Assembly (NCBI GenBank): GCA_040383485.1
Contig: JBEIDK010000001.1
Span: forward strand, 5,952 to 69,951
Direction of reading: 5' to 3'
From: Flavobacteriales bacterium
GTDB lineage: Bacteria > Bacteroidota > Bacteroidia > UBA4408
DNA length: 64,000 bases
The translations under genes and the position numbers were made by a program. Positions 9,102-18,368 of the stretch are shown in pieces. Under the pieces are notes generated by a model. It had not been told where the DNA came from. It saw nothing but the letters and a program-made list of their open reading frames with translations, and ran no database searches. How positions within the stretch are numbered: position 1 is the stretch's first letter; each line of letters starts with the position of its first letter.

Positions 9102-9485
9102 ATGGTTGAAAATTTGAATATTAAAGGTACCGAATATACCCCTGAAATATACTTACAAACAAATGGCAAATTATTGTTGAAAGGAATTTCAACTCCAAGT
9201 AATAGTTATTCAATCTATCGCCCAGTTATAGACTGGTTAGATAATTTCAAACTAGCAAAACCTGAGGTTATTAAGCTAATCTTTCAACTTGAATACATAA
9301 ATACTTCTACTAAAAATATGCTTTTACAAGTCATTCAAAAATGTAATTCATTTAAAGAAATTGGCAGTGAGGTAGAGATTATATGGCAATACGATGTTGA
9401 GGATGAAGACCAGTTAGATTTGGGTCATATGTTAGAATCTATCGTTAGATGCAAATTTAAATTTGTTGTTATAAAAGTTGAATAA
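9102..9485 (+). CDS. Orphan SiaC-like protein (DUF1987 paralog)
   Basis: 127 aa, collinear with 3025..3408: LKGISTPSNSYSIYRPVIDWL / QLEYINTSTKNM / WQYDVEDEDQ. No SiaB-like gene is adjacent. Confidence 0.75.
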   Translation: MVENLNIKGTEYTPEIYLQTNGKLLLKGISTPSNSYSIYRPVIDWLDNFKLAKPEVIKLIFQLEYINTSTKNMLLQVIQKCNSFKEIGSEVEIIWQYDVEDEDQLDLGHMLESIVRCKFKFVVIKVE

Positions 9486-9489
9486 ATTT

Positions 9490-10716
9490 TTATTTAAGCA
9501 TAGCAATACATTTCTTTAAGCCCTCAACAAAATAATCAACCTCCAACATAGTATTATAAATTGCAAAAGATGCCCGAACTGTTCCTTGCAAATTAAAATA
9601 TTGCATTAATGGCTGAGTGCAATGATGACCCGTTCTTACTGCAATGCCCATCTTATCTAAAAGCGTACCTAAATCAAATGGATGAATACCATCTACTACA
9701 AATGATAAAACTCCTGCTTTGTGGTTAGATGTTCCTATTATTTTTAATCCTTCAATATCGCTAATTTTTGAAACTGTATAATCTAGCAATTGAACCTCGT
9801 GTTTAAAGATATTTTCTATACCGATTTCATTTATAAAATCAATAGCTGAGCCTAATGCAATGGCACCAGAAATGTTAGGTGTACCAGCTTCGAATTTTAA
9901 TGCCCCTTCAACATATTCAGTTTTCTCAAAACTCACTGATTTTATTATTCCACCTCCTCCTTGATAAGGAGGCATTAAATCAATAAATTTCTTCTTTGTA
10001 AATAATGCGCCAATACCAGTGGGGGCGTATAATTTATGTCCGCTAAATACATAAAAATCGGCATCCAAATCTTGTACATCAACTTGTTTATGAGGAACAG
10101 CTTGTGCTCCATCAACAAGTACTACAATATTGTTTTGGTGTGCTTTCTTTATTATTTCTTTTATGGGATTAATTGTACCTAAGGTATTGGAAACATGAGT
10201 GATAGCAATTAATTTTGTTTTCTTATTAAATAATGAATATAGGTGCTCTAAATCAAGGTCACCGTTATCTAAAATAGTGGCAATTTTTAGTTTCGTTTTC
10301 TTACGTTCACACAACAATTGCCATGGAATAATATTACTATGGTGTTCCATAGTAGTTAATATTATTTCGTCATCTTCTTTTAAAAAAGTATCCCCATAAC
10401 TCGCAGCAACAATATTTATACCGTCAGTTGTGCCCTTTGTAAAAATAATTTCCTGAACACTTCCTGCATTTAAAAAATTACAAACCTTTTCACGTGCCTT
10501 TTCATATTCTGCAGAAGCCTCTTGAGAGAGCGTATGCACTCCTCTATGTACATTACTATTTGTATGTGAATAATAATAGCTGATTGAGTTGATTACAGAT
10601 AAAGGTTTCTGGGAAGTTGCTGCGTTATCAAAATAAACTAGAGGCTTTTTATTTACCTCTCTTTTCAAAATTGGAAATTGCTCACGAATGACATTTATGT
10701 TTTCTATTGTATTCAT
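9490..10716 (-). CDS. sufS: Cysteine desulfurase, SufS-type
   Basis: FPILKREVNKKPLVYFDNAATSQKP N-terminus, SGHKLYAPTGIG PLP-lysine region, RTGHHCTQPL active-site Cys loop. Confidence 0.85.
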   Translation of the reverse strand: MNTIENINVIREQFPILKREVNKKPLVYFDNAATSQKPLSVINSISYYYSHTNSNVHRGVHTLSQEASAEYEKAREKVCNFLNAGSVQEIIFTKGTTDGINIVAASYGDTFLKEDDEIILTTMEHHSNIIPWQLLCERKKTKLKIATILDNGDLDLEHLYSLFNKKTKLIAITHVSNTLGTINPIKEIIKKAHQNNIVVLVDGAQAVPHKQVDVQDLDADFYVFSGHKLYAPTGIGALFTKKKFIDLMPPYQGGGGIIKSVSFEKTEYVEGALKFEAGTPNISGAIALGSAIDFINEIGIENIFKHEVQLLDYTVSKISDIEGLKIIGTSNHKAGVLSFVVDGIHPFDLGTLLDKMGIAVRTGHHCTQPLMQYFNLQGTVRASFAIYNTMLEVDYFVEGLKKCIAMLK

Positions 10717-12855
10717 TTATTTTAAAAGATTAAAAGCTGCATAACTTGCTAGGTAAGCTAAAGCACCCATATAAAGAAATTGGAAAAGTGGAATTTTCCA
10801 ACTTTTAGTTTCTCTGTACACAACTGCAATTGTACTCATACACTGCATTGCAAATGCATAAAAAAGCATTAATGATATTGCAACAGCAAAAGTATATGAT
10901 TGTTCGCCAGTATTAGGATTCTTAGCAATCCTCATCTTCTCTCTAATATTCTGGGTGTTTTCTTCATTAGCACCTACGCTATAAATTGTAGCCATAGTTC
11001 CAACAAAAACCTCTCTAGCGGCAAATGATGTTACCAAACTAATTCCTATCTTCCAATCAAAGCCCAAAGGCTCAATAATTGGCTCTAATGTTTTGCCCAT
11101 AACACCTGCATAAGAATATTCTAATTTTTTAGAGGCCAATTCATTTCTTAAAATGGTTACTTCAGCATTTGAATTAGAATTATCTAATTGAGAAATTTTA
11201 TGGTTATATTCTTTTTCAAGTTGTTCAAATTTATTGTTGGGAGCAAAAGAGGCCAAAAACCAAAGTATAACTGATACTGCAAGAATTATCTTTCCACTTT
11301 CAAAAAGAAAAACTTTTACTTTTTCAAGAATTGTTAATCCAACATTTTTCCACCTAGGTTTTCTATAAATAGGCATTTCCATTATAAAGTAGCTGGCTTC
11401 TTTTGATTTTAAAAAGTATTTAAACACAAACGCGGAACCAATTGCAGCAAAAAAACCTACTAAATAAAGAGACATTAACACTAATCCTTGCAAATTAAAA
11501 AATCCAAACATTAATTTACTTGGCACAGCAAGTGCAATTAAAAGTGTATATACTGGCAAGCGGGCACTGCAACTCATTAATGGAGTTACGAAAATAGTTA
11601 GTAGTCTTTCTTTGTAGTTGCTAATAGTTCTTGCTCCCATTATAGCCGGCACTGCGCAAGCAACCCCGCTTATAAGCGGAATTACACTCCTTCCGTTTAA
11701 TCCGTATCTCCTCATAGCTTTATCCATTATAAAACTAACACGAGACATATAACCGGTATCCTCTAGAATTGAAATAAATGCAAATAATAGTGCTATTTGA
11801 GGAATGAAAATAACTATACCACCAAGCCCAGCTAATATGCCATTGATGAATAAATCAGTTGCAATACCCTTAGGTAAAATTTCTAATAACCAAGAAGATA
11901 AATTTGAAAATCCTGTTTCAATTAACTCCATTGGTAAAGCCGCAAAAGTAAATATAGCCTGAAAGACAGTGAATAAAATAAATAAGAAAATAATATATCC
12001 CCAAACTTTATGCATAAAAATATCATCAAGCTTTTTTGTTAGAGGATTGTTAAGTTTTGGACGCGAAACAGTTTGAGAGATAATATTAGTAAGTTGCCTA
12101 TAACGTTCAATACTCTCTAAAGCCTGCAATTTTTGTTCGGAGGTATTATTTAATTCTAATATATTTTTAATCTCTTCACGTTTCTCAATATTATGACTGT
12201 AATAAGTAATATTATGCAAATTATTTGCAACAATAAACGAAGCAAAAACACAATTTGCTTGCAAGGCATTGCTGATATCTTTAATAACCCTTTCCTCTAG
12301 TTTATCAATTTCAACAATGTTTTGAGAAGATGCCTTAATTTTATTTTGCAACGCACTCTTTAATTCTTCTATTCCAATACTTTCGCGAGCATTCATGGCT
12401 ACTACAGGAACGCCAAGCAACTCTGATAGCTTATCAATATTAATTTCTACCCTATTTTTCTTTGCAAGGTCTACCATATTTAAAGCTAGAACAACAGGTA
12501 TTTTAAGGTCGATTACTTGACTGCATAAGAACAAACTTCGTTTTAAATTAGTAGCATCTGCAACTACAATGGTAACGTCAGGAAAATCATCGTGATTTGA
12601 ATTACATAATACTTTAACAGCCACTTCTTCATCTATTGACTTTGGAAAAAGACTATACGTGCCTGGCAAATCAAGAATTTTAGCTTCAGTTTTATCTGGT
12701 AATTTAAAGTAGCCAACTTTTTTATCAACAGTAATACCTGGGAAATTTCCTATATGTTGATTTAGCCCTGTTAATGAATTAAATAGGGAAGATTTACCCG
12801 TGTTAGGGTTACCTATCAAGGCAATCTTTAATATTTTATCGCTTGAAGAATTCAC
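10717..12855 (-). CDS. feoB: Ferrous iron transporter FeoB
   Basis: N-terminal G domain (LIGNPNTGKSSLFNSLTG) followed by a polytopic membrane domain; 712 aa. Confidence 0.95.
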   Translation of the reverse strand: MNSSSDKILKIALIGNPNTGKSSLFNSLTGLNQHIGNFPGITVDKKVGYFKLPDKTEAKILDLPGTYSLFPKSIDEEVAVKVLCNSNHDDFPDVTIVVADATNLKRSLFLCSQVIDLKIPVVLALNMVDLAKKNRVEINIDKLSELLGVPVVAMNARESIGIEELKSALQNKIKASSQNIVEIDKLEERVIKDISNALQANCVFASFIVANNLHNITYYSHNIEKREEIKNILELNNTSEQKLQALESIERYRQLTNIISQTVSRPKLNNPLTKKLDDIFMHKVWGYIIFLFILFTVFQAIFTFAALPMELIETGFSNLSSWLLEILPKGIATDLFINGILAGLGGIVIFIPQIALLFAFISILEDTGYMSRVSFIMDKAMRRYGLNGRSVIPLISGVACAVPAIMGARTISNYKERLLTIFVTPLMSCSARLPVYTLLIALAVPSKLMFGFFNLQGLVLMSLYLVGFFAAIGSAFVFKYFLKSKEASYFIMEMPIYRKPRWKNVGLTILEKVKVFLFESGKIILAVSVILWFLASFAPNNKFEQLEKEYNHKISQLDNSNSNAEVTILRNELASKKLEYSYAGVMGKTLEPIIEPLGFDWKIGISLVTSFAAREVFVGTMATIYSVGANEENTQNIREKMRIAKNPNTGEQSYTFAVAISLMLFYAFAMQCMSTIAVVYRETKSWKIPLFQFLYMGALAYLASYAAFNLLK

Positions 12856-12858
12856 TAT

Positions 12859-13089
12859 CTATGCAATCAATTTTACTTTAACTGTGGCTGCTTCCTTTTT
12901 TCTTAAACTGAGAACATATCCATCAATTTCGATAGCAATAGGGTCGCCTGCTGGAGCAATTCTAATAAGCTTAACTATTTCACCTGGTGTACAACCCATT
13001 TCTAATATTTTTAATGAAAGTGATAAATCACTGAAACTTTCTATGCTTGCAGATTCTCCAAGCTTCAATTCTGATAAGGACTTCAACAT
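12859..13089 (-). CDS. feoA: FeoA family protein
   Basis: 76 aa SH3-like protein (MGCTPGEIVKLIRIAPAGDPIAIEIDGYVLSLRK), 3 nt upstream of feoB. Confidence 0.8.
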   Translation of the reverse strand: MLKSLSELKLGESASIESFSDLSLSLKILEMGCTPGEIVKLIRIAPAGDPIAIEIDGYVLSLRKKEAATVKVKLIA

Positions 13090-13090
13090 T

Positions 13091-13109
13091 ATTTAGAATT
13101 ATTCTAAAT
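13091..13109. promoter_or_regulatory. 19-bp perfect palindrome ATTTAGAAT-T-ATTCTAAAT (Fur-box-like geometry) abutting the feoA start
   Basis: 9-1-9 perfect inverted repeat, 2 nt upstream of the feoA ATG. It has the same length and symmetry as the classical 19-bp Fur box, with an AT-rich AATnATT core. Confidence 0.4.
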
Positions 13110-13284
13110 TGATTTAGATTGCGAATGTAGTAAAAAAAGAAAATATTAATCCATAATTTAATTGATGTTGTTTAAATGATGGAAAATAGCAATGAATTAT
13201 TAGTTACATGATGAAAAAATAGGTTAAAAAAGCAAAGCTATTTTCCTTATTATTGCAACTTATAAAAGTTAAAAAAATTGGAAT

Positions 13285-15036
13285 ATGACATATAAAATTT
13301 CATATAAAAGTCCACAGGAACAGTTTATTGATGTTCAATTTACTCTAGATATTAAAAATAGAACTAATATTAATTTACAACTTCCTGCTTGGAGACCAGG
13401 GCGCTATGAATTGGGTAATTTTGCCAAAAACATTCGTAACTTCAATATTAAAGATGATAAAGGAGTGAGCGTTATCTATAAAAAAAACACGAAAGACTCT
13501 TGGATAGTCAACACTCAAAAATGCGAACAAATAGTAATTAGCTATCAATATTATGCTGCTGAATTAAATGCAGGTTCAACTTTTTTAAATAATGAACAGC
13601 TATATGTAAATCCGATAAATTGTTTGGTATATGATACAGAAAACATAGATAATGCTTGCACATTAGAAATAGAAATTCCAAATAATTATAAGATTGCGCA
13701 GTCATTAATCATGGAGAGCGAAATTGAAATTTCAAGTGATAAAAAATTAATAAAACTTCTTGCAAAAAATTACCACGAATTAGTTGACAGTCCATTTATT
13801 GCAAGTGCAACAATAAAAAGAGATTTTTTTGTTATTGATGGAATTGAGTTTAATCTTTGGTTTCAAGGCGAATGTCGTCCTAATTTTAGTAAACTTATAA
13901 GTGATTTTTTTATTTTCATAAATGAGCAACTAAATATTTTTAATGGTATAGAAACCGATGTGTTTCATTTTATGTTTCAAATTGTACCTTATAATTTTTA
14001 TCATGGTGTTGAACATAGTAATAGCACCGTTATAGTGCTAGGGCCAACCTATAACCTCATGAAAAAAGAAATATATCATGAACTGCTAGGCGTAAGCTGT
14101 CATGAGCTTTTTCATCATTGGAATATTAAAGCCATAAGACCTGCAGAGATGTATCCGTATGACTATACCAAAGAAAATTATTCTTCTTTAGGTTTTGTTT
14201 GCGAAGGAGTAACTACTTATTATGGTGATTATCTGTTATACAGAAGTGGAGTTTTTAGTGATGATGATTATTTTAATTGTTTCAATAATCAACTAAAGAA
14301 ACATTTTGATAATTATGGAAGGTACAATTATTCATTGGCCGAATCAGGTTTTGACACATGGCTAGATGGCTATTCTAAAGGAGTACCAGACCGCAAAGTT
14401 TCTATTTATACAGAAGGCTGTTTAGTTGCATTTATTACTGATATTAATATCAGAAAAAGCTCTCAAAATAAAAAATGCTTGGATGATGTTATGCGTATTT
14501 TATACAATGATTATGCAAAAGCAGGCAAAGGTTATACTGAAGCTGATTATAGAAAAATTATAAATGAAACTGCTGGCAATAATCTAGATTGGATTTTTGA
14601 TGAACATGTTTATTCAACAAAATCGATGGTACAAGCAATTAAAGAAAGTTTAGAGTATGTTGGACTTGAACTTTCAATTGTACCAGTTAAAAATATATAT
14701 GAGGCTGTTTTAGGATTTAAAGCTATACAAGACAATGGTAAGTTTATAGTTTCAAATATTTTCCCCAATTCTGAAAGCGAGAATAAAGGCCTTATGATTA
14801 ATGATAAAATTGTAAGTATTAATGGTTATGAATTAAAAGAAGATTTAAATGAATGGATATCTTATTACTCTGACGATGACATATCGCTAGAAGTAATTAA
14901 CAATGGTAAACTCAGACAAATAATATGCAGACATAGTAGAAATATATACTATAAAAACTTTGCAATTATCAAACAATTTGATGCCAATGCCAATCAAAAA
15001 GAAAATTTCAAAAAGTGGAGTGGTCGTTTTTTTTAA
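13285..15036 (+). CDS. M61 family metallopeptidase with C-terminal PDZ domain
   Basis: HELFHHWN zinc motif, overall M61 (glycyl aminopeptidase) layout, and a PDZ-like C-terminus (GLMINDKIVSINGYEL). Confidence 0.8.
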   Translation: MTYKISYKSPQEQFIDVQFTLDIKNRTNINLQLPAWRPGRYELGNFAKNIRNFNIKDDKGVSVIYKKNTKDSWIVNTQKCEQIVISYQYYAAELNAGSTFLNNEQLYVNPINCLVYDTENIDNACTLEIEIPNNYKIAQSLIMESEIEISSDKKLIKLLAKNYHELVDSPFIASATIKRDFFVIDGIEFNLWFQGECRPNFSKLISDFFIFINEQLNIFNGIETDVFHFMFQIVPYNFYHGVEHSNSTVIVLGPTYNLMKKEIYHELLGVSCHELFHHWNIKAIRPAEMYPYDYTKENYSSLGFVCEGVTTYYGDYLLYRSGVFSDDDYFNCFNNQLKKHFDNYGRYNYSLAESGFDTWLDGYSKGVPDRKVSIYTEGCLVAFITDINIRKSSQNKKCLDDVMRILYNDYAKAGKGYTEADYRKIINETAGNNLDWIFDEHVYSTKSMVQAIKESLEYVGLELSIVPVKNIYEAVLGFKAIQDNGKFIVSNIFPNSESENKGLMINDKIVSINGYELKEDLNEWISYYSDDDISLEVINNGKLRQIICRHSRNIYYKNFAIIKQFDANANQKENFKKWSGRFF

Positions 15037-15057
15037 CCACAAAAACATAAAATTACA

Positions 15058-15456
15058 TTGAAGATAAATTTAAACTCCTTAATTTTTACATTATTTATAC
15101 TATTATTTAATTCAGAAATTCACTCTCAAACAATTGGAGAATTTGAAGAATTAAAGAAATCCGTAAAAATTAATGAATCTAAAAAAAGTTATTCTGAAGC
15201 TAGGGATAATAAAAACGAATTACAATTAACCTTTTCAATGTTGTTTCTTTTTTACAAATCCTTTATCTCATCACAAGATAATAGTAAATGTAATTTTACG
15301 CCATCTTGTTCTGAATATGCTTTGCAATGTATTAAAAAATTTGGGCTAATTAAAGGGAGTCTAAATGCCTTAGATAGGCTAAGTAGGTGCAATGGATTAG
15401 CACCTGAGCAGTATGAAGTAGATGAAAAGCAACATCTTTTAATTGATAAGCCATAA
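15058..15456 (+). CDS. YidD-like (membrane protein insertion efficiency factor family) protein with a long N-terminal extension
   Basis: CNFTPSCSEYALQCIKKFGLIKGSLNALDRLSRCN matches the YidD/DUF37 Cys motif. It is preceded by ~60 extra residues including a signal/anchor segment. TTG start in the track; no upstream ATG. Confidence 0.65.
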   Translation: MKINLNSLIFTLFILLFNSEIHSQTIGEFEELKKSVKINESKKSYSEARDNKNELQLTFSMLFLFYKSFISSQDNSKCNFTPSCSEYALQCIKKFGLIKGSLNALDRLSRCNGLAPEQYEVDEKQHLLIDKP

Positions 15457-15468
15457 TTAAAAAACAAA

Positions 15469-16305
15469 ATGTCTCTATTGAAGTATTTAAAACAAATTTT
15501 ATTGCTATTTTCTCTAATTCTAATTTCGAAAAATAATTTCTCTCAAAATTTATTTGACATCAAGAATAGTTTAGAATATGCAAATTATTTACAAACTTCG
15601 GGGCAATATCAATTAGCAACTGAAGAATTTGAAAGGGTATTGTTTTTTTATCCTAAAACAGATTCGTTAATAACAAAGTTATTTTATAACAAGAGGAAAT
15701 CGGGCGATGCTTTAGGCGTAATAAAGTTTACAAATAAAACTTATAACAACTCAGATTCAATCAATACCTCAGTGTTTATAGAATATATAAAAAGCCTCAT
15801 ACAAATTAAACCACAAGAGGCATTAAATGTAATTAATAAAAATACAAAATTAGATACTGAACAAAGAATAATACTTCAATCTTATTCATATACTTCAATG
15901 TATATGTGGAATGAAGCAATTGGAAAATTAAATCAATTAAATAATCAAAGCACTTCGGTTTTAAAAAGTAAGGTTGTGTTAAACGATGCATTAAAATACA
16001 AATACAAAAAACCAATTTTGGCAGCTGGTTTATCACTAGTTATTCCCGGTCTAGGCAAAGTTTACACCGGTAATATTAAGGACGGAATTATTGCTTTGGT
16101 TTTTGTTGGAATTAATTCATTTCAATCATACAGATATTTTGAAAAGAAAGGCATTAAAAGTGTTGGTGGTTGGATTTTTGGTTCATTAGGCACTGGATTT
16201 TACCTCGGCAATATTTATGGCTCTTATAAGGCCGCTATTATTAAGAATAAGAAAATAAAAGATGCTTACAAAAAACAAATTGAAGAAATTACTGATATGG
16301 ATTAG
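15469..16305 (+). CDS. TPR-like secreted/membrane protein with C-terminal PGLGKxY membrane hairpin
   Basis: Signal peptide, helical-repeat N-terminal half, then LSLVIPGLGKVYTGNIKDGIIALVFVGINSF and a second hydrophobic segment. Confidence 0.6.
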   Translation: MSLLKYLKQILLLFSLILISKNNFSQNLFDIKNSLEYANYLQTSGQYQLATEEFERVLFFYPKTDSLITKLFYNKRKSGDALGVIKFTNKTYNNSDSINTSVFIEYIKSLIQIKPQEALNVINKNTKLDTEQRIILQSYSYTSMYMWNEAIGKLNQLNNQSTSVLKSKVVLNDALKYKYKKPILAAGLSLVIPGLGKVYTGNIKDGIIALVFVGINSFQSYRYFEKKGIKSVGGWIFGSLGTGFYLGNIYGSYKAAIIKNKKIKDAYKKQIEEITDMD

Positions 16306-16786
16306 TTTTTTGTGCTGCACAAATATTAAAGCACAAACACCTAAAGAACTTTTTGAATACTCGAATGAATGCTTTAAGAATGCTAGTTTTAGCGATGCAA
16401 TAAAAAATTACAAGCGTTTAATTTTTTTCGATAAAGAAATATATGGTCCTCAATGCTATCAAAACATAGGAACCTCATATTATAAGTTAGCCGAATATAA
16501 TGAAGCAATAAATTATTTTGACTTAGCATATAATTCAAGTTTAAATGATAGCATAAAGCTAGAAAGTATATTTAATAAAGTGCTCTGTTATATGCAACTT
16601 AAAAGTTATGACTATGCTCTTTTAGAAATTTTCAATATTAGTGATTCACTTTCTTTAAAAAACATTGCCCGAAAAAAATTTTATGAAGGAAGTATATATT
16701 ACATGCAAGGTAATTATGAAAAAGCCTTGGAAAGTTTTGAAAATATTTACTCAAAAGATAATGAATACAAAAAAAAAACTAAATGA
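16262..16786 (+). CDS. TPR-repeat protein: N-terminal half of a split paralog of 15469..16305
   Basis: Signal peptide (LLIWISFLCCTNIKAQ) and TPR-like repeats (YKLAEYNEAINYFDLA, YMQGNYEKALESFENI). The frame ends just after an A10 run (16769-16778). Confidence 0.6.
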   Translation: MLTKNKLKKLLIWISFLCCTNIKAQTPKELFEYSNECFKNASFSDAIKNYKRLIFFDKEIYGPQCYQNIGTSYYKLAEYNEAINYFDLAYNSSLNDSIKLESIFNKVLCYMQLKSYDYALLEIFNISDSLSLKNIARKKFYEGSIYYMQGNYEKALESFENIYSKDNEYKKKTK

Positions 16787-17120
16787 TATTTATAATGCAT
16801 TTTTAAAGGAAAATAAATTTAGTGTTAATCGTGCTAAAATTCTCAGTTATATCATTCCAGGATTAGGACAAGCATATTCTGGTGATTATAAAAACAGTAT
16901 CAATTCATTTTTACTGACTGCTGGTTTTGTAACATTATACCTTACAGTTGCTTCAACAATATCTCCAATTGAAGCTATTGTGGGAATTGGACCTTGGTTT
17001 CAAAGATATTATCAAGGTGGCATAAAGCATTCTGGACTAATTGCTCAAAAAAAGAAAGAAAAAATAAAAAGTAAATACTATATTACAATTGCTGATTTTG
17101 TAATGAATGGCAATAAATAA
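16761..17120 (+). CDS. PGLGQxY membrane-hairpin module: C-terminal half of the split paralog
   Basis: First ATG in this frame is 16761 (MNTKKKLNDIYNAFLK). ILSYIIPGLGQAYSGDYKNSINSFLLTAGFV parallels the C-terminus of 15469..16305. It lies in the +1 frame relative to 16262..16786. Confidence 0.55.
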   Translation: MNTKKKLNDIYNAFLKENKFSVNRAKILSYIIPGLGQAYSGDYKNSINSFLLTAGFVTLYLTVASTISPIEAIVGIGPWFQRYYQGGIKHSGLIAQKKKEKIKSKYYITIADFVMNGNK

Positions 17121-17129
17121 TTTAAAAAA

Positions 17130-18296
17130 ATGCAAACAATACTTGTAGTTGATGATGAACGTGCAATACGCGCCGCACTAAAAGATATTTTAGAACTTGA
17201 AAATTTTAAAGTTGATGATGCATCTGATGGAAAAGAAGCACTTCTTAAACTTCAAAAGAATAATTACGATTTGATGCTATGCGACATAAAAATGCCTCAG
17301 ATGGATGGACTAGAACTATTACAAACTATACAAAAAGAAGGGATAGCTACACAAGTAATTATGATATCAGGACATGGCAACATAGAAACCGCCGTAGATG
17401 CAGTAAAAAATGGCGCGTTTGATTTTATTCAAAAACCACTAGACTTAAATAGATTATTGGTAACTGTAAGAAATGCATTAGATAAAAAAGCTCTTGTAAC
17501 TGAAACAAAAATTCTGAAAAAAAAACTTGGTAAACCATCAGTTGAGATGGTTGGACAAAGTATTGAAATAAAAAAAATAATTGAATTAATTGAACGTGTA
17601 GCACCAACAGAGGCAAGAGTATTAATAACAGGCGGAAATGGAACAGGAAAAGAACTTGTAGCCCGTTCAATTCATGAAAAAAGTAATAGAAATGCAGCGC
17701 CGCTGATAGAAGTAAATTGTGCCGCTATACCTTCTGAACTAATTGAAAGCGAATTATTCGGCCACGAAAAGGGAGCTTTTACTAGTGCAATTGCCACACG
17801 TAAAGGCAAGTTTGAACAAGCGGATGGAGGAACAATTTTTCTTGATGAAATTGGGGATATGAGTCTTTCTGCTCAGGCTAAGGTATTAAGAGCTTTGCAA
17901 GAAAATAAGATTACAAAAGTTGGAGGCGATAAGGAATTTAAAATAAATGTTCGTGTAATTGCCGCAACCAATAAAGATTTAAAAAAAGAAATTGCAGAAA
18001 ATAATTTCAGAGAAGATTTATACCATAGATTAAATGTTATTCCTATTCACGTTCCTTCATTGGCTGAAAGAAAAGATGACATACCTATACTTGCTGAATA
18101 TTTTGTAAATAAAATTTGTGACGAGCAGAACATGATTAAAAAATCTTTTACAAAAGATGCCATTAAAGAAATGCAAAAAATGCCTTGGTCAGGAAATATT
18201 AGAGAATTTAAAAATGTTATTGAACGCTTGATTATTTTATGTGATAAAACCATTACAGATAAAGACGTTATAACCTATACAGCATATAATCATTAG
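17130..18296 (+). CDS. Sigma-54-dependent response regulator (receiver + AAA+), without a C-terminal HTH
   Basis: Receiver domain (VDDERAIR...[10 protein letters not shown]), Walker [15 protein letters not shown] loop, Walker [10 protein letters not shown]. The protein ends about 20 aa after the ERLIIL helix. Confidence 0.85.
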   Translation: MQTILVVDDERAIRAALKDILELENFKVDDASDGKEALLKLQKNNYDLMLCDIKMPQMDGLELLQTIQKEGIATQVIMISGHGNIETAVDAVKNGAFDFIQKPLDLNRLLVTVRNALDKKALVTETKILKKKLGKPSVEMVGQSIEIKKIIELIERVAPTEARVLITGGNGTGKELVARSIHEKSNRNAAPLIEVNCAAIPSELIESELFGHEKGAFTSAIATRKGKFEQADGGTIFLDEIGDMSLSAQAKVLRALQENKITKVGGDKEFKINVRVIAATNKDLKKEIAENNFREDLYHRLNVIPIHVPSLAERKDDIPILAEYFVNKICDEQNMIKKSFTKDAIKEMQKMPWSGNIREFKNVIERLIILCDKTITDKDVITYTAYNH

Positions 18297-18368
18297 TGAT
18301 TTAAGTATTATAATTTTAAAATTAATTACTACAAAAAAAATAGATTTGCAGCCCAAAATAAATTACAG

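Noticed and set aside
16665-16760. The part of track ORF 16665..17120 upstream of ATG 16761
   Set aside because: This stretch overlaps the TPR ORF in another frame. The annotated start is a non-ATG codon, and homology to the upstream paralog begins only after the A10 tract.
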